NCBI RefSeq assembly: GCF_006345805.1
Contig: NC_043021.1
Span: forward strand, 18,352,001 to 18,416,000
Reading direction: 5' to 3'
Origin: Octopus sinensis
Taxonomy: Eukaryota
DNA length: 64,000 nucleotides
Of the stretch, positions 51,573 through 64,000 are shown piece after piece. Below the pieces are notes generated by a model that was not told where the DNA came from, searched no databases, and saw only the letters and a program-made list of their open reading frames with translations. How positions within the stretch are numbered: the stretch's first letter is position 1; each line of letters starts with the position of its first letter. The position numbers were made by a program, and so were the translations under genes.

Positions 51573-53564
51573 TATAACATTAATGCTGTTAGATGCCAGA
51601 TCAGACTGGAGCCTGGTGCAGCCTCCTGGCTTTCCAGACTCCGGTCGAATCATCCAGTCCATGCTAGCATGGAAAACGGACATTAAATGATGATGATGAT
51701 GATGTAGAGTGGTGTGTCTTGTCTAAGGTTTAAAGCCAGTATATATGACATAATCATAGATATGTGTACACAGACTGGTGAGTCTTGTCTCGGGTTCAGT
51801 GTTTTAGTATTTATGTGGCTGTGTGGTTAGGAAGCTTGCTTCTCAACCCACATGGTTCTGGGTTCAGTTCCATTGCATGATACCTTGGGTTACTGTTTTG
51901 TGCTATAGCCTCAGGCTGACTGAAGCCTTGTGATTAAATTTGGTTAGCAGAAGTTTCTGTCATGTGTATATGTGTGCGTAAAAGTGCTTGTGCCTCTTTT
52001 AAAAGATAGGAGGGGAAACGTTAACCCTTTAGTGTTCAGATCATTCTGTCAAATGTGATGTTTGTTTATTTATATTGTTTTGAATTAATCATGTATTATC
52101 TTGTAGTTTAGAGATTGCAGTGATGTGATTTTTTTAGTTTTAGAATGACATGGTAGGGCTGAGGTGAGAGGCGAGATCTGGTCAGTTTCAATATAAAACA
52201 GGTTGAATATTTTGGCTGGATATGGCCGGTTTGAATGCTAAAGGGTTAATGATGTTAGATATATTGATGTATAGAGTGGTGTGTCTTGCCTTAGGTTTAT
52301 CACTGGTATTTCCAACACTAATGCTGTTACACATGTGTATAAAACATGGTTTATCTTGCTTAAGGTTTAATACAAATGATGTTGCATAACACCAATGATG
52401 TTGTTATGTTCCTAAAACTTAGAAAATCATGATTTCCTGTCTAATTTGGTGGTGGATTTCTATACTAAAGTTCTTGTGTCAACAGAAAGTCCAGGTGTGA
52501 CCAGCTGGAGCACATAGCACTGATTTTATAGGGTTGTACTTGAATGTTACTAGGTTACACATCTCTCCTTATTTTATTTTCCCTGCAATATAATGTTATA
52601 GACCCTTTCTGCCCCTCTGGTGTTACCTCCCCACCCCTCCCATCAGTATAATGGAACTGACCTATGAGATGATTTATTGCATGTCTGCCATTTAATCTGA
52701 TCCTAAGTAATTCTTTTATAATGTCTGAGAATTATCATTGTTAATACTTTGGTATTTGGTGTTAGAGGAGGGGAGAGAGAAAGGGGAGAGGGAGAGAGAA
52801 ATATGAGAGAAAGGGAGCATCTCCGAACGTAACACACCATCACGAGAGAACACCAAATTAACTTCAAACTAAATGAAGGGGTTCCTGTGTGGTTGCTTGA
52901 TCTATTAGAAATAGCAGCTGTGCCTTCCTCAGCTCACATCCCACTCTCTTGAAAAAAGGGTCACATTAGAAAATGTTGTCTCGGATCCTCAGCAAATAGG
53001 AAAAAGACAGGTTGGTCATGATTGGAAGGCTTTTGATCATAGATCTCGATCAAGGCTGACAACAACATTATTGTCATATGGAAAATCTTCACAAAATTTA
53101 TTAAAATTAAAAAAAAAAAAGAAAACAAGTAAAATTGAAATTTGATGTTAAAAACTAGTAAAACGGAGATTATGGTCTTGAGGTTTCATATTTTGGTGAA
53201 AAGTATTGCTGATTTAAATATCTGTACTTGACTGATATTTAATTTATTACTACTAGCTTAGTACCCGTCCAAAATGACAGGATTTATTTCTGTCTCATTT
53301 CAGAAATACTTAATATTTTTGTTTCAAACTTTGCTCCATGTTTTATTTTGTTTTCTTTCTGTTATTCACTTTTTTTTTTACCTTCACTCACTTGCCTTTG
53401 TTACTCTCACTTACTCACTCATATTGTTGTTTCTTTTTCTTTCTATCTATCTATCTATCGATCAGTGGCTTGTAACAATTTCATCAATTCCCTGCTATAA
53501 ACTGAATAGAATCAGATGGCTCAACAGGCCCTGATTGGATCAGGTCAAACCATCCAACCCATAG

Positions 53565-53743
53565 TCATCATCATCATCGTTCGACCGTGGTCGAGACAAT
53601 GGAATTTACCATGCTACGCCAGACTTCACGGTCCATCATGGCATTACGGAGGTCCTGTTGCTGGATGCCTGTATCCCTGGAGATAACATCAGGGTAGGAG
53701 AGTGTGCGCCCTCTGGTATCACGAGTAGATGGCTTCCAGAGGA
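53565..53743 (-). mobile_element. Shorter inverted copy of the same RTE 3' end
   Basis: Reverse complement of 54271-54448. Confidence 0.78.
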
Positions 53744-54117
53744 AGGCAGATGTATGATGATATAATACACACACACACACAGAGCCTTCTTTATTCCAGT
53801 GTACCCTTTCCCCCATATTCTGATATCATACACACATTTTTCTCTCTCCCACTTTCCCCGTCATTCAATCACTCTCTACACCTCGATTATTTTATCACGC
53901 TACCTCTCTAATTCTTCCCCTCCAACCTCACTATTGTTGAGCTTTGTCGTCTTTCCACATCACTCTTTTCTCCATCGTCCCTATGTTTTACTGTCTATTT
54001 ACATGATTTGCTTCTTATACAAGTTGTCGACTATTTTTCTCTCCATTCCATTTTGCCGATATCCATCATCCCTAACCAACAAAAACATCATGTCATGTGC
54101 TTGTACACTCGCCTCCT

Positions 54118-54448
54118 TATGAGAGCTCAAAATCTCTCGTGGAAGCGCCATCCAACCAAAATGCAAATATATGGGAAACTACCACCTGTGTCATCTCTTG
54201 TGAAAGGTAGGAGAGTCCAGTTTGCTGGACATTGTTGTAGAGCTGAAAACGAGGTAATTTCTACTCTTCTCCTCTGGAAGCCATCTACTCGCAATACCAG
54301 AGGGCGCACACTCTCCTACCCTGATGTAATCTCCAGGGATACAGGCATCCAGCAACAGGACCTCCGTAATGCTATAATGGACCGTGAAGTCTGGCGTAAC
54401 ATAGTAAATTCCATTGTCTCGACCACGGTCGAACAATGATGATGATGA
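54118..54448 (+). mobile_element. RTE-clade LINE 3' fragment
   Basis: GRRVQFAGHCCR...LLLWKPSTRNTRGRTLSYPDVISRDTG...DREVWRNIV, (GAT)n tail. Confidence 0.78.
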
Positions 54449-55288
54449 ACTTGTCATTTCATGGTAGTTGATTAGCTTGAGTCGACGGGGTTCCCAATGA
54501 AATGCTTTGTGACACTCATTCTGATTCTCTGCTCAAGAAACCAAGGTTGGGCCACTGGGATGTTGCCAGGTGCTCACTGCATACTTACTTGCTATTTCTA
54601 GTTGATCAAGTGAGTACATAGAGGCTCCCTCGTTTGGTATGAAGTTTTGGCGAAAGGGTTATGATCAGGGCTGGTCCTTTTCTCTTATATTCCTCTGTTT
54701 CTTCCTTCTCTCTCCATCTCTCTCTCTCTCACCCACCAAATATTGAGGTATTAACAATAATGATGTTCAAACATTATGGAAAAGCACTTAGGATCAGATT
54801 AAACGGCAGGCATGCAATGAATTATCTCATTGGTCAGTTCCATTGCGTTAATGAAGGAGAAAGGTCACCAGGAGGGTGGAAAGGTGTTATAGCATTAGAC
54901 CAGGAGTCACCAAAGGGGGTTCGAGGGACATCCCTAGAGGTCAGAAAGGAATTACAGGGGGTTGAATGGGGGTCGGCATGCAAAAGACTAGCTCTCCCAG
55001 ATAAACTGGTTGAAATACTTAGCGCCGTGAAATGTGGGAAGACATGAGGCATTTTCCTAATTTTCTAACCATGAAAACAATTTCATAAAAATCGAAAGTT
55101 TAATACTGTATACTCGTATATGAAGTTTTAAATGTAAAAAGTGTGTCATCTTCAATAGAATTCCTTAATTTGTTGTACATGTATATTTTAACTAACATTT
55201 TCATTGCCAGCATCAATACCTGATAAGCATTTAAGATATGGTACGGTAGGGTAGGAGTATTAAGATATTTTAAATGAGGAGGGTGGTT

Positions 55289-56340
55289 GATGTGAAAGGA
55301 GAAGTGGCTAAAGGGGTTCGATGTGGAAGGAGAAGTTGCTAAAGGGGTTCGATGTGAAAGGAGAAGTGGCTAAAGGGGGTCGATGTGGAAGCAGAGGTGG
55401 CTAAAGGGGTTCGATGTGGAAGGAGAAGTTGCTAAAGGGGTTCGAAGTGGAAGGAGAAGTGGCTAAAGGGGGTCGATGTGGAAGGAGAAGTGGCTAAAGG
55501 GGGTCAATGTGGAAGGAGAAGTGGCTGAAGGGGGTCGATGTGGAAGGAGAAGTTGCTAAAGGGGTTCGATGTGGAAGGAGAAGTGGCTAAAGGGGGTCAA
55601 TGTGGAAGCAGAGGTGGCTAAAGGGGTTCGATGTGGAAGGAGAAGTTGCTAAAGGGGTTCGATGTGGAAGGAGAAGTGGCTAAAGGGGGTCGATGTGGAA
55701 GGAGAAATTGCTAAAGGGGTTCGATGTGGAAGGAGAAGTGGCTAAAGGGGTGCGATGTGGAAGGAGAAGTGGCTAAAGGGGGTCGATGTGGAAGCAGAGG
55801 TGGCTAAAGGGGCTCGATGTGGAAGGAGAAGTGGCTAAAGGGGTTCGATGTGGAAGGAGAAGTGGCTAAAGGGGGTCGATGTGGAAGGAGAAGTTGCTAA
55901 AGGGGTTCGATGTGGAAGGAGAAGTGGATAAAGGGGTGCAATGTGGAAGGAGAAGTGGCTAAAGGGGGTCAATGTGGAAGGAGAAGTGGCTAAAGGGGTG
56001 CGATGTGGAAAGAGAAGTAGCTAAAGGGGGTCAATGTGGAAGGAGAAGTGGCTAAAGGGGGTGGATGTGGAAGGAGAAGTGGCTAAAGGGGGTCAATGTG
56101 GAAGGAGAAGTGGCTAAAGGTGTGCGATGTGGAAGAAGTGGCTAAAGGGGGTCAATGTGGAAGGAGAAGTAGCTAAAGGGGGTCGATGTGGAAGGAGAAG
56201 TGGCTAAAGGGGGTCAATGTGGAAGGAGAAGTAGCTAAAGGGGGTCGATGTGGAAGGAGAAGTGGCTAAAGGGGGTCAATGTGGAAGGAGAAGTAGCTAA
56301 AGGGGTTCGATATGGAAGAAGTGGCTAAAGGGGGTCGATG
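55289..56340. repeat. 31-bp purine-rich minisatellite, ~34 copies
   Basis: Unit gatgtggaaggagaagtggctaaagggggtc with point variants. Confidence 0.95.
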
Positions 56341-57299
56341 GTTGAAAAAGTTTGGAGACCCCTGTATTAGACCAACAAGAACAGACTTAAGATACAAGAT
56401 TAGAGACAGTGCTGTGTTGGTGCCACCAGCAGCTGGACCAGTCCAAGATGCATGCAGGGTGATGAAACTATTTGGCATGGGCTCATTCAGTGTCCATATG
56501 TTACTGATTTGTGGGCCTATGTTAAACTTCTGATATCGCATGTGGAATAGGCGTGGTCACTGTGGTAAGTAAAAGAAATCAATATTAGCATTTTAATAAT
56601 AATAATAATTATATAATAATAATAATAATAATAAGGCGCTGGAGTGGCTGTGTGGTAAGTAGCTTGTTTACCAACCACATGGTTCCGGGTTCAGTCCCAC
56701 TGCATGGCACCTTGGGCAAGTGTCTTCTACTAGAATCCTCGGGCTGACCAAAGCCTTGTGAGTGGATTTGGTTGACGGAAACTGAAAGAAGTCCGTCGTA
56801 TATATGTATATATATATATATATGTGTGTGTGTATATGTTTGTGTGTCTGTGTTTGTCCCCCTAGCATTGCTTGACAACCGATGCTGGTGTGTTTATGTC
56901 CCCATTACTTAGAGGTTCGGCAAAAGAGATCGACAGAATAAGTACTAGGCTTACAAAAAAAGAATAAGTCCCGGGGTCAAGTTGCTCGATTAATGGCGGT
57001 GCTCCAGCATGGCCGCAGTCAAATGGCTGAAACAAGTAAAAGAGTAATAATAATAATAATAATAATAATATAACAACAATAGTGTTTTAAAGAAGTAAAT
57101 AAACCAACAAGCAGTAAGGTTAATTTAAAATTAAATAAGGGACTGAGTGAAATACTGGAAACAATGTAAGCATTGATGTGTAGACTGAGTAGAGGAGGAG
57201 GAGGAATATAGCAATCAATGAAAGTTTACTCAGGGCTCAGCCCTCGTCTAGTGTGCTTTATAAAGGGTATGTAACTATTGTACTTTATACACAGCACTC

Positions 57300-57703
57300 G
57301 GATCTTTTCGGTTTGAACGGCAGGTTTTAACATAATTTCTAGGTAACTGAAAAATTTTAAACTTCGTATACTGGTAGAATGTGTTTATAAAACATCTTTT
57401 TCTCTTGGCTTTATTGAGAAAATTCTATAGTTTGTAATATATTTCTTGCATTTCGGCAATTTCAACCAATCAATGACCGTCTATTGAGGTAAAAAAAAAC
57501 ATTCTGTGCCGTATGAATATGTCCCTCGTTTAAGAAACAGATTGGGTTTACTTACATTTCTGAAGAAAAAAAGATACCCTTCCCCCCACCCCTAACCCTA
57601 AAACAGATTGAAATGCAATAGATCGATACTAGGGTCATAATTATGAGTGACAATTTCATATGACACCACTAGAAAAAACTGCCGTTTAAACCGAAAAGAT
57701 CCC
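57300..57703. mobile_element. Unclassified TIR element (MITE)
   Basis: TIRs ggatcttttcggtttgaacggcag / ctgccgtttaaaccgaaaagatcc; 8-bp TSD cagcactc / cagtactc. Confidence 0.75.
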
Positions 57704-60700
57704 AGTACTCTACTGATGTACTTTATAAGCAGTATTCAGATATTTTACTTTACAAGCTGTACTCAGCTATTGTACTTCTTACACAGCACTCAGTTATTGT
57801 ACTTTAGAAAGAGTACCCAGCAACCATACCCTGTACACAACCATTGTAGACAATATATAATACTAATTTACACTACACTCAAGTACTGTAAGCAGTACTT
57901 CATTCATGTACTCTGTACTCGATGCATAGTACTCAGTCAGCTAATGTTCTCAGGACATGGTACTCAGATTTCCGTGTAAATTGTTCTGAATGTAGGGTAC
58001 TCTGTACACACTTCTCGCACAATGCTCTGAACTCAGTCAGTGTACTCTGTAGACTGTACTGTGTACTGAACCAGTGTACAAAGTACATTGTTCTCACTGC
58101 ACACAATATTTTGTACTCAACCAGTGTACTTTGCACATATTTCTCACTGCACACAATATGCTGTACTCATCTACTGTACGCAGCTGAGTATATTGTCCTC
58201 TTAACAATCCAACCACTCAGTCATTGGACTAAAAAAGAGTTATTTGCATTCAGCTACTCTACACACCAGGCTGCACTCAACACCACACTCAGAATGAAAG
58301 CTCAACTCAATGTCACTATATTCTGAATTGGTGCAAAACAGAACTTCTCTCTCTCTACACATACACACATACTTCACACACACATACACACACACAAACA
58401 AGCAAACACACACACACATACACAATTCATTCATGCACATATTCTGTACACTTCACATGCACACGCTGAGGTGTGTGTGAGCAGAACTATAGCAGCAGCA
58501 ACAACAACAACAACCACACCCTGACATCTGTGTTCCTCCACACCCACCCCTCCTATTACACACCCAAATGAATATAAAACATCATTTTTGCTATTTTTTT
58601 TCTGAAATTACAGCCTAATTTCCCAATTAACAGTCAGTTACTAATTTAACTTTTCCCACACCTTCCACATGCCCATCTCTCCCCACTAATTTGTTAATTA
58701 TCAAACCTACCACCACCACCACCACCACACTTCCAATTACCCTCTCACATATGTCCCAGATCTTTATTAATTCACCCTTGCAGTATTTTAAAATCACCCA
58801 ACGTAACAGGAAAATCCCTTTCTTTAAAATGAAGGGTCCCGTAAGCCCCATCATGCAAGCTTCTATGTAGTTCTGTGACCTTACTCAATGTAATCATCAG
58901 ATCTCCTTCGGTAAACTCCCTTCACTCTCTTTAACATGGGGACCACATAAGCCCTGCAGGAAAGCTTCTATGTCATTTGAGGACCTTACTCAATACAACA
59001 GCCATATCTTTCTTAAAGCTAAGTCACCATGTGAGCTGCTAAGCATTAAAGCCCCAAATCCATTAAGGACAGAAAAGCAGTTAAAGCTTTCTGAACCATC
59101 AGGGGTTGTCAGTGAGATAAGGAAAATATCTAGCAAGATAGAGTGCATCCTGGTTTAATACACAGTCCGACAGGTAACACAGGGAGGTGTTATCCCACGA
59201 CTGGTCTGTCATCATCATCGGCTGCTACAAGATCAAAAGAGATGTTTTTAAGAACAAATAACATTAGATGTGTGAAACTGATGGAGTAAGTTATGAAAGT
59301 AATAGAGAGTTTTAGTACAACTGACGATGAAGAAGAGAATTAGATAAGATTTAGTTTAGATTTGTGTCCGGTCAGACTAGTATCACCAATGTCTTTTTCT
59401 TTGAGAGGTAATTACAAGAAAAATTCTTAGCTAAGAATTAACTGCCTACCTGGTATCTGTTTATATAGAGAAGGTCTTTAACAGTTTTAGAAAATGTGCG
59501 GGCTAAAACTACACGCCTTCACTAGTCAGTTAAGGTGAGACAGTGTCACATGACAACTTGCTTGGGCAGCCTGCTGGAGCCTACCGGCAGGTATTTAAAG
59601 GGGAAAATTTGACAAGTCAGTCAGTCACCGGCTGGCACTCACTGACGATACATCGAAGAGGCCAGGGAACAGAAGAAGGAAGACATGCACCCAACACCAG
59701 AGCTGAAGACACCTCCAAAAGGGGGGGGGGGCACCACGTCAAAACGGTAGAGGAGTAGGGGCCGAAACTGGACGTGGTTCCTCCTGATGATGTCTTGAGC
59801 TAACTGGATCCTATAAAGGAGCTGTTGTGGTAGCAGACCACGAAACACGGTTGTAATTCCCCACACTAAGCTCTGTGAATCTGGTGTTCTTTAAAAGGAA
59901 TGGCTTGAGAGCAGTGCAGCCATGTATGAAGATACCACCAGCAAGGTGTGGATTGGGCAGTGGGTTTGATTAGGAATTTAGTGTACATGTCTCTATATAT
60001 AGATGCGTGTGTGTTTGTGTGTGTGTGTATCAAAAGGAATCTTAGTCTTGCATGCTCTAGGGTGATTTCACTTGGGCTGGAGCCACAAAAAAAGCACCCA
60101 GTACACTCTGGAAAGGGGTTGGCATTAGGAGGGGCACTCAGTTATAGAAACCAGACCAAAACAGATATTGGAGCACAGAGTAGTCCTTTGACTAGAATAT
60201 GGGGCATCCTTGTGGCTATGGAGTATATATTCGTTTAGAGAGGGATAGGAATGTAAGTGCCATTCTGGGGCAGAATATGGATGAGGCTCTGGAAACAACC
60301 ACAGAATCAGTAAGTATTAATAGAAGATAATCTATCTTCACATTACAAAATATATGACACGAGTAGAACAGTGTTTCAGACAAGAGCAAAGGAACATTGA
60401 CACCGGTTTCATTGAAAGGGTCCTACTGTCGTTTCTCTGTCAGAGCAACACATCCGAAATGAACTGACATAGCTGCAGGCTTTCGACACTGGATCAGACT
60501 CTACTAAATGAATTTAGTATGTTTGTGTGTCAGTGTTTGTCCCATCCAACATCGCTTGACAACCGATGCTGGTGTGTTTATGTCCCCGTAACTTAGCGGT
60601 TCGGCAAAAGAGACCGACAGAATAAGTACTAGGCTTACAAAAAAGAATAAGTCCCGGGGTCGAGTTGCTCGATTAATGGCGGTGCGACTAAGAAGAAACA

Positions 60701-61112
60701 GTAGAGCTACATGGGGAAAATGGTGGGAAAAGGAAAACAAACTGTAGATTGTTAATGGTTGCAATGACATGTAGCCTCTGTGTCAAAATATAACGGATGT
60801 TTGTGGCCCTTGAGAAAGGAGTGGCCTTGAGCTAAAGTCAACTGGGAGATTAACAGTATTCCAGGGAAAGGGATAAACACTTGATTATTTTATAGAAAGC
60901 TTTTGTCAAAATATTCGCTAGGCGCAGGAGTGGCTGTGTGGTAAGTAGCTTGCTAACCAACCACATGGTTTGGGGTTCAGTCCCACTGCGTGGCATCTTG
61001 GGCAAGTGTCTTCTGCTATAGCCCCAGGCCGACCAAAGCCTTGTGAGTGGATTTGGTAGACGGAAACTGAAAGAAGCCTGTCGTATATATCATCATCATC
61101 ATCATCATCATG

Positions 61113-61145
<33 letters not shown>

Positions 61146-63053
61146 CCCCCTAGCATTGCTTGACAACCGATGCTGGTGTGTTTACGTCCCCGTCACTTAG
61201 CGATTCGGCAAAAGAGACCGATAGAATAAGTACTGGGCTTACAAAGAATAAGTCCCGGGGTCGATTTGCTCGACTAAAAGGCGGTGCTCCAGCATGGCCG
61301 CAGTCAAATGACTGAAGCAAGTAAAAGAGTACCAGTGAAAGGTGAAATATTGTGACTAATAAGTATTATTCAGTTTATTGTAAAAAAAAAAACTTGAGAT
61401 ATGGATGTTTTAGCACAAATAAATATAGAAACCAAGTATTTGTGATGTTACTCTTTTACTCGTTTCAGTCATTTGACTGCGGCCATGCTGGAGCACCGCC
61501 TTTAGTCGAGCAGATTGACCCCCCCCCCCCCCGGACTTATTCTTTGGAAGCCAAGTACTTATTCTATCGGTCTCTTTTGTCGAACCACTAAGTTACAGGG
61601 ATGTAAACACACCACCATTGGTTGTCAAGCGATGTTGGGGGAGGAAGACAAACACAGACACATAAACATATACACACACACATACATATATATGTATTCA
61701 TATATACGAGGGGCTTCTTTAAGTTTCCATCTACCGAATCCACTGACAAGGCTTTGGTTGGCCCGAGGCTATAGTAGAAGACACTTGCCCAAGGTGCCAC
61801 GCAGTGGGACTGAACCCGGAACCATTGGGTTGGTAAGCAAGCTACTTACCACACAGCCACTCCTACGCTTGTGAGACAGATTGTGAACATCAGTTGGAAA
61901 GACATGGCTAACAATGCCATTATTCCAGGAAAGATTTTGGAGAAGAAATACTGATGCAGCAGAATCTCTTGCAGCTTGGCCAGATTTAACCTTTTAGCAT
62001 TTAAACCGGCCATATCCGGCCAAAAGTATTCTGCCTGTTTTATGTTCAAACTGACCAGATCTGGTCTCTCACACCAACCCTACAATATTGTTTTAAAAAT
62101 TTACAGCTACCTCATCAAAATCTCATTGCTACAAGATAATGCATGATTAATTCAAAACAATGTGGATGAAGAAGCATTGATTTTGGCAGAATAATGTGAA
62201 CACTAAAGGGTTAAAGAATGGAGAAAATTTGGAGACCAAAACAAATATTTTCCCCCTTGGCTGGCTGGCCGGTTGGTTGGTTGGTTGGTTGGTTGTTGGT
62301 TGGCTGTGCAAGAAATCTCAATCAGTGCAGACCATGACTAAGATCCAAGGTTGTGATTTATACTCAACATGGAGAACTTAAGCATCGATAGTCACAGTAT
62401 TTAATATTTAATCATCTCGTGTTTAATCTCTGCAACCAGGGGGGTGGGGTGGGGGAGACCGATCCATTTTTTTTTTTTAGTAGTATGGCCTATAATTAGA
62501 CATATGGATAGTCCTCGCCAATATCGACAGACAGTTTAAGACGGTGATGATGACAAGGATATTGATGTAGAATTATAGAATTATAGGAATTTCTGCATTG
62601 CACTTTTGTCTCCGATCAATGAGTGTGAGTGTGTGTGTATTATTTTATTTTTTTTTTATTTTATCTAGTTTCAGCTCACGAGCTGTGGCCATGCTGGGGC
62701 ACCGCCATTATGTGTGTGTGTGTTTGTGTGTCTGTGTTTGTCCCCCTAGCATTGCTTGACAACCGATGCTGGTGTGTTTTATGTCCCCGTCACTTAGCGG
62801 TTCGGCAAAAGAGACCGATAGAATAAGTACTGGGCTTACAAAAGAATAAGTCCCGGGGTCGAGTTGCTCGACTAAAGGCAGTGCTCCAGCATGGCTGCAG
62901 TCAACTGACTGAAACAAGTAAAAGAGTGAAGAGTAAAAGAGTATATATACTGGAGTAAACACATAAATGTGAAACAAGGTGGAAAAAAGAGTACTCAAAT
63001 ACCAGTGGTAGAGTAATATGCTTTATTTAAAGCAGCAGAAAATTCAACAAAAC

Positions 63054-63091
63054 CTGTTACTCTGAGTTTCACGTTGCCGTTCCTCGGACAG
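63054..63091 (-). ncRNA. Minimal hammerhead ribozyme motif of a second family (U4C variant)
   Basis: Minus strand reads CTGT-CCGAGGA-ACG-GCAA-CGT-GAA-ACTC-A-GAGT-A-ACAG: all three stems pair, GNRA loop on stem II, GUA site. Confidence 0.6.
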
Positions 63092-63134
63092 TTATATATA
63101 TATATATATATATATATATACTATATATATATAT

Positions 63135-63210
<76 letters not shown>

Positions 63211-64000
63211 TGTATGTATATGTAATATTGGGTAATTCCATCTCTGCAACAAGGATCTCCGATGAAAATCAAGAAACATAATGCAGATGTTAAATCAACA
63301 ATATAAGAAAACTAAGAATCATTACAATCATGATGATGATGATGATGTTGTGGTGGTGGTGGTGGTGGTAATGATGATGATGATGATCTCTGAGATGCTA
63401 GAGAAATAGATAGTTGATCAGTGGAAGAAGTTAAAAGACTTGTTGTGTTGCAGTAAAGGTCAAGTGAGTAAAGATATGTCAACAGAGGAATTATGGCTGG
63501 ATGCACCACTGCTAACATGCCACCCCCCACCCCCACCCCTTCTTCTAGGCCTTACCATTCTCTCAATAGGGTGCTTTACTGTCTTTACTTTCACATGTAT
63601 TCATGTGTGGGTGGCTATTGTGGGCAGTAAATGCTAGTTGTCTGTCTAATTCCATGTATACTCTTTTTACTCTTTTACTTGTTTCAGTCATTTGACTACG
63701 GCCATGCTGGAGCACCTCCTTTAGCCGAGCAAATCGACCCCCACGACTTATTCTTTGTAAGCCTAGTACTTATTCTATCGGTATCTTTTGCCGAACCACT
63801 AAGTTACGGGGACATAAACACACCAACATCGGTTGTCAAGCAATGTTGGGAGGCAGGGGGACAAACACAGACACATAAACATATACACACACGTACTTAT
63901 TTATATATACGAGGGGCTTCTTTAAGTTTCCATCTACCAAATCCACTCACAAGGCTTTGGTCAGCCCGAGGCTATAGTAGAAGACACTTGTCCAAGGTGC

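Noticed and set aside
53250-53470. Possible minus-strand Helitron end (actagc...gtacccgtccaaaatgac)
   Set aside because: Only a weak terminal resemblance; no clear opposite end.
60360-60500. Unique-looking segment as a possible exon (QEQRNIDTGFIERVLLSFLCQSN)
   Set aside because: No convincing splice sites, stops nearby in all frames, and no family similarity that I recognise.

Overview
AT-rich, microsatellite-dense metazoan genomic DNA. The repeat content looks like a coleoid cephalopod (Octopus-like); that is my inference and is not verified. The only protein-coding gene I can support is the 3' end of BLTP2 (KIAA0100 / Drosophila hobbit / yeast FMP27 family, a bridge-like lipid transfer protein). 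It is on the + strand as 13 exons between 1005 and 34455. The exons splice in phase into one 1278-nt frame (425 aa + TAA), and this requires one non-canonical GC-AG intron (6079-12794). The rest is introns and downstream sequence filled with tRNA-derived SINEs, RTE- and CR1-clade LINE 3' ends, a decayed mariner, hAT-, piggyBac- and mariner-type MITEs, two Helitron-like elements, minisatellites (95, 61, 31 and 24 bp units) and simple repeats. The most notable non-gene signals are: (i) minimal hammerhead-ribozyme motifs in short (TA)n-anchored elements, one on the sense strand of the BLTP2 pre-mRNA; (ii) several near-perfect fold-back palindromes abutting (TA)n tracts; (iii) an array of ACTCA-NN-TGAGT palindromes at ~57-bp spacing directly beside a promoter-like segment at 39.45-40.0 kb. 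All alignments and counts were done by eye; no database search was run.
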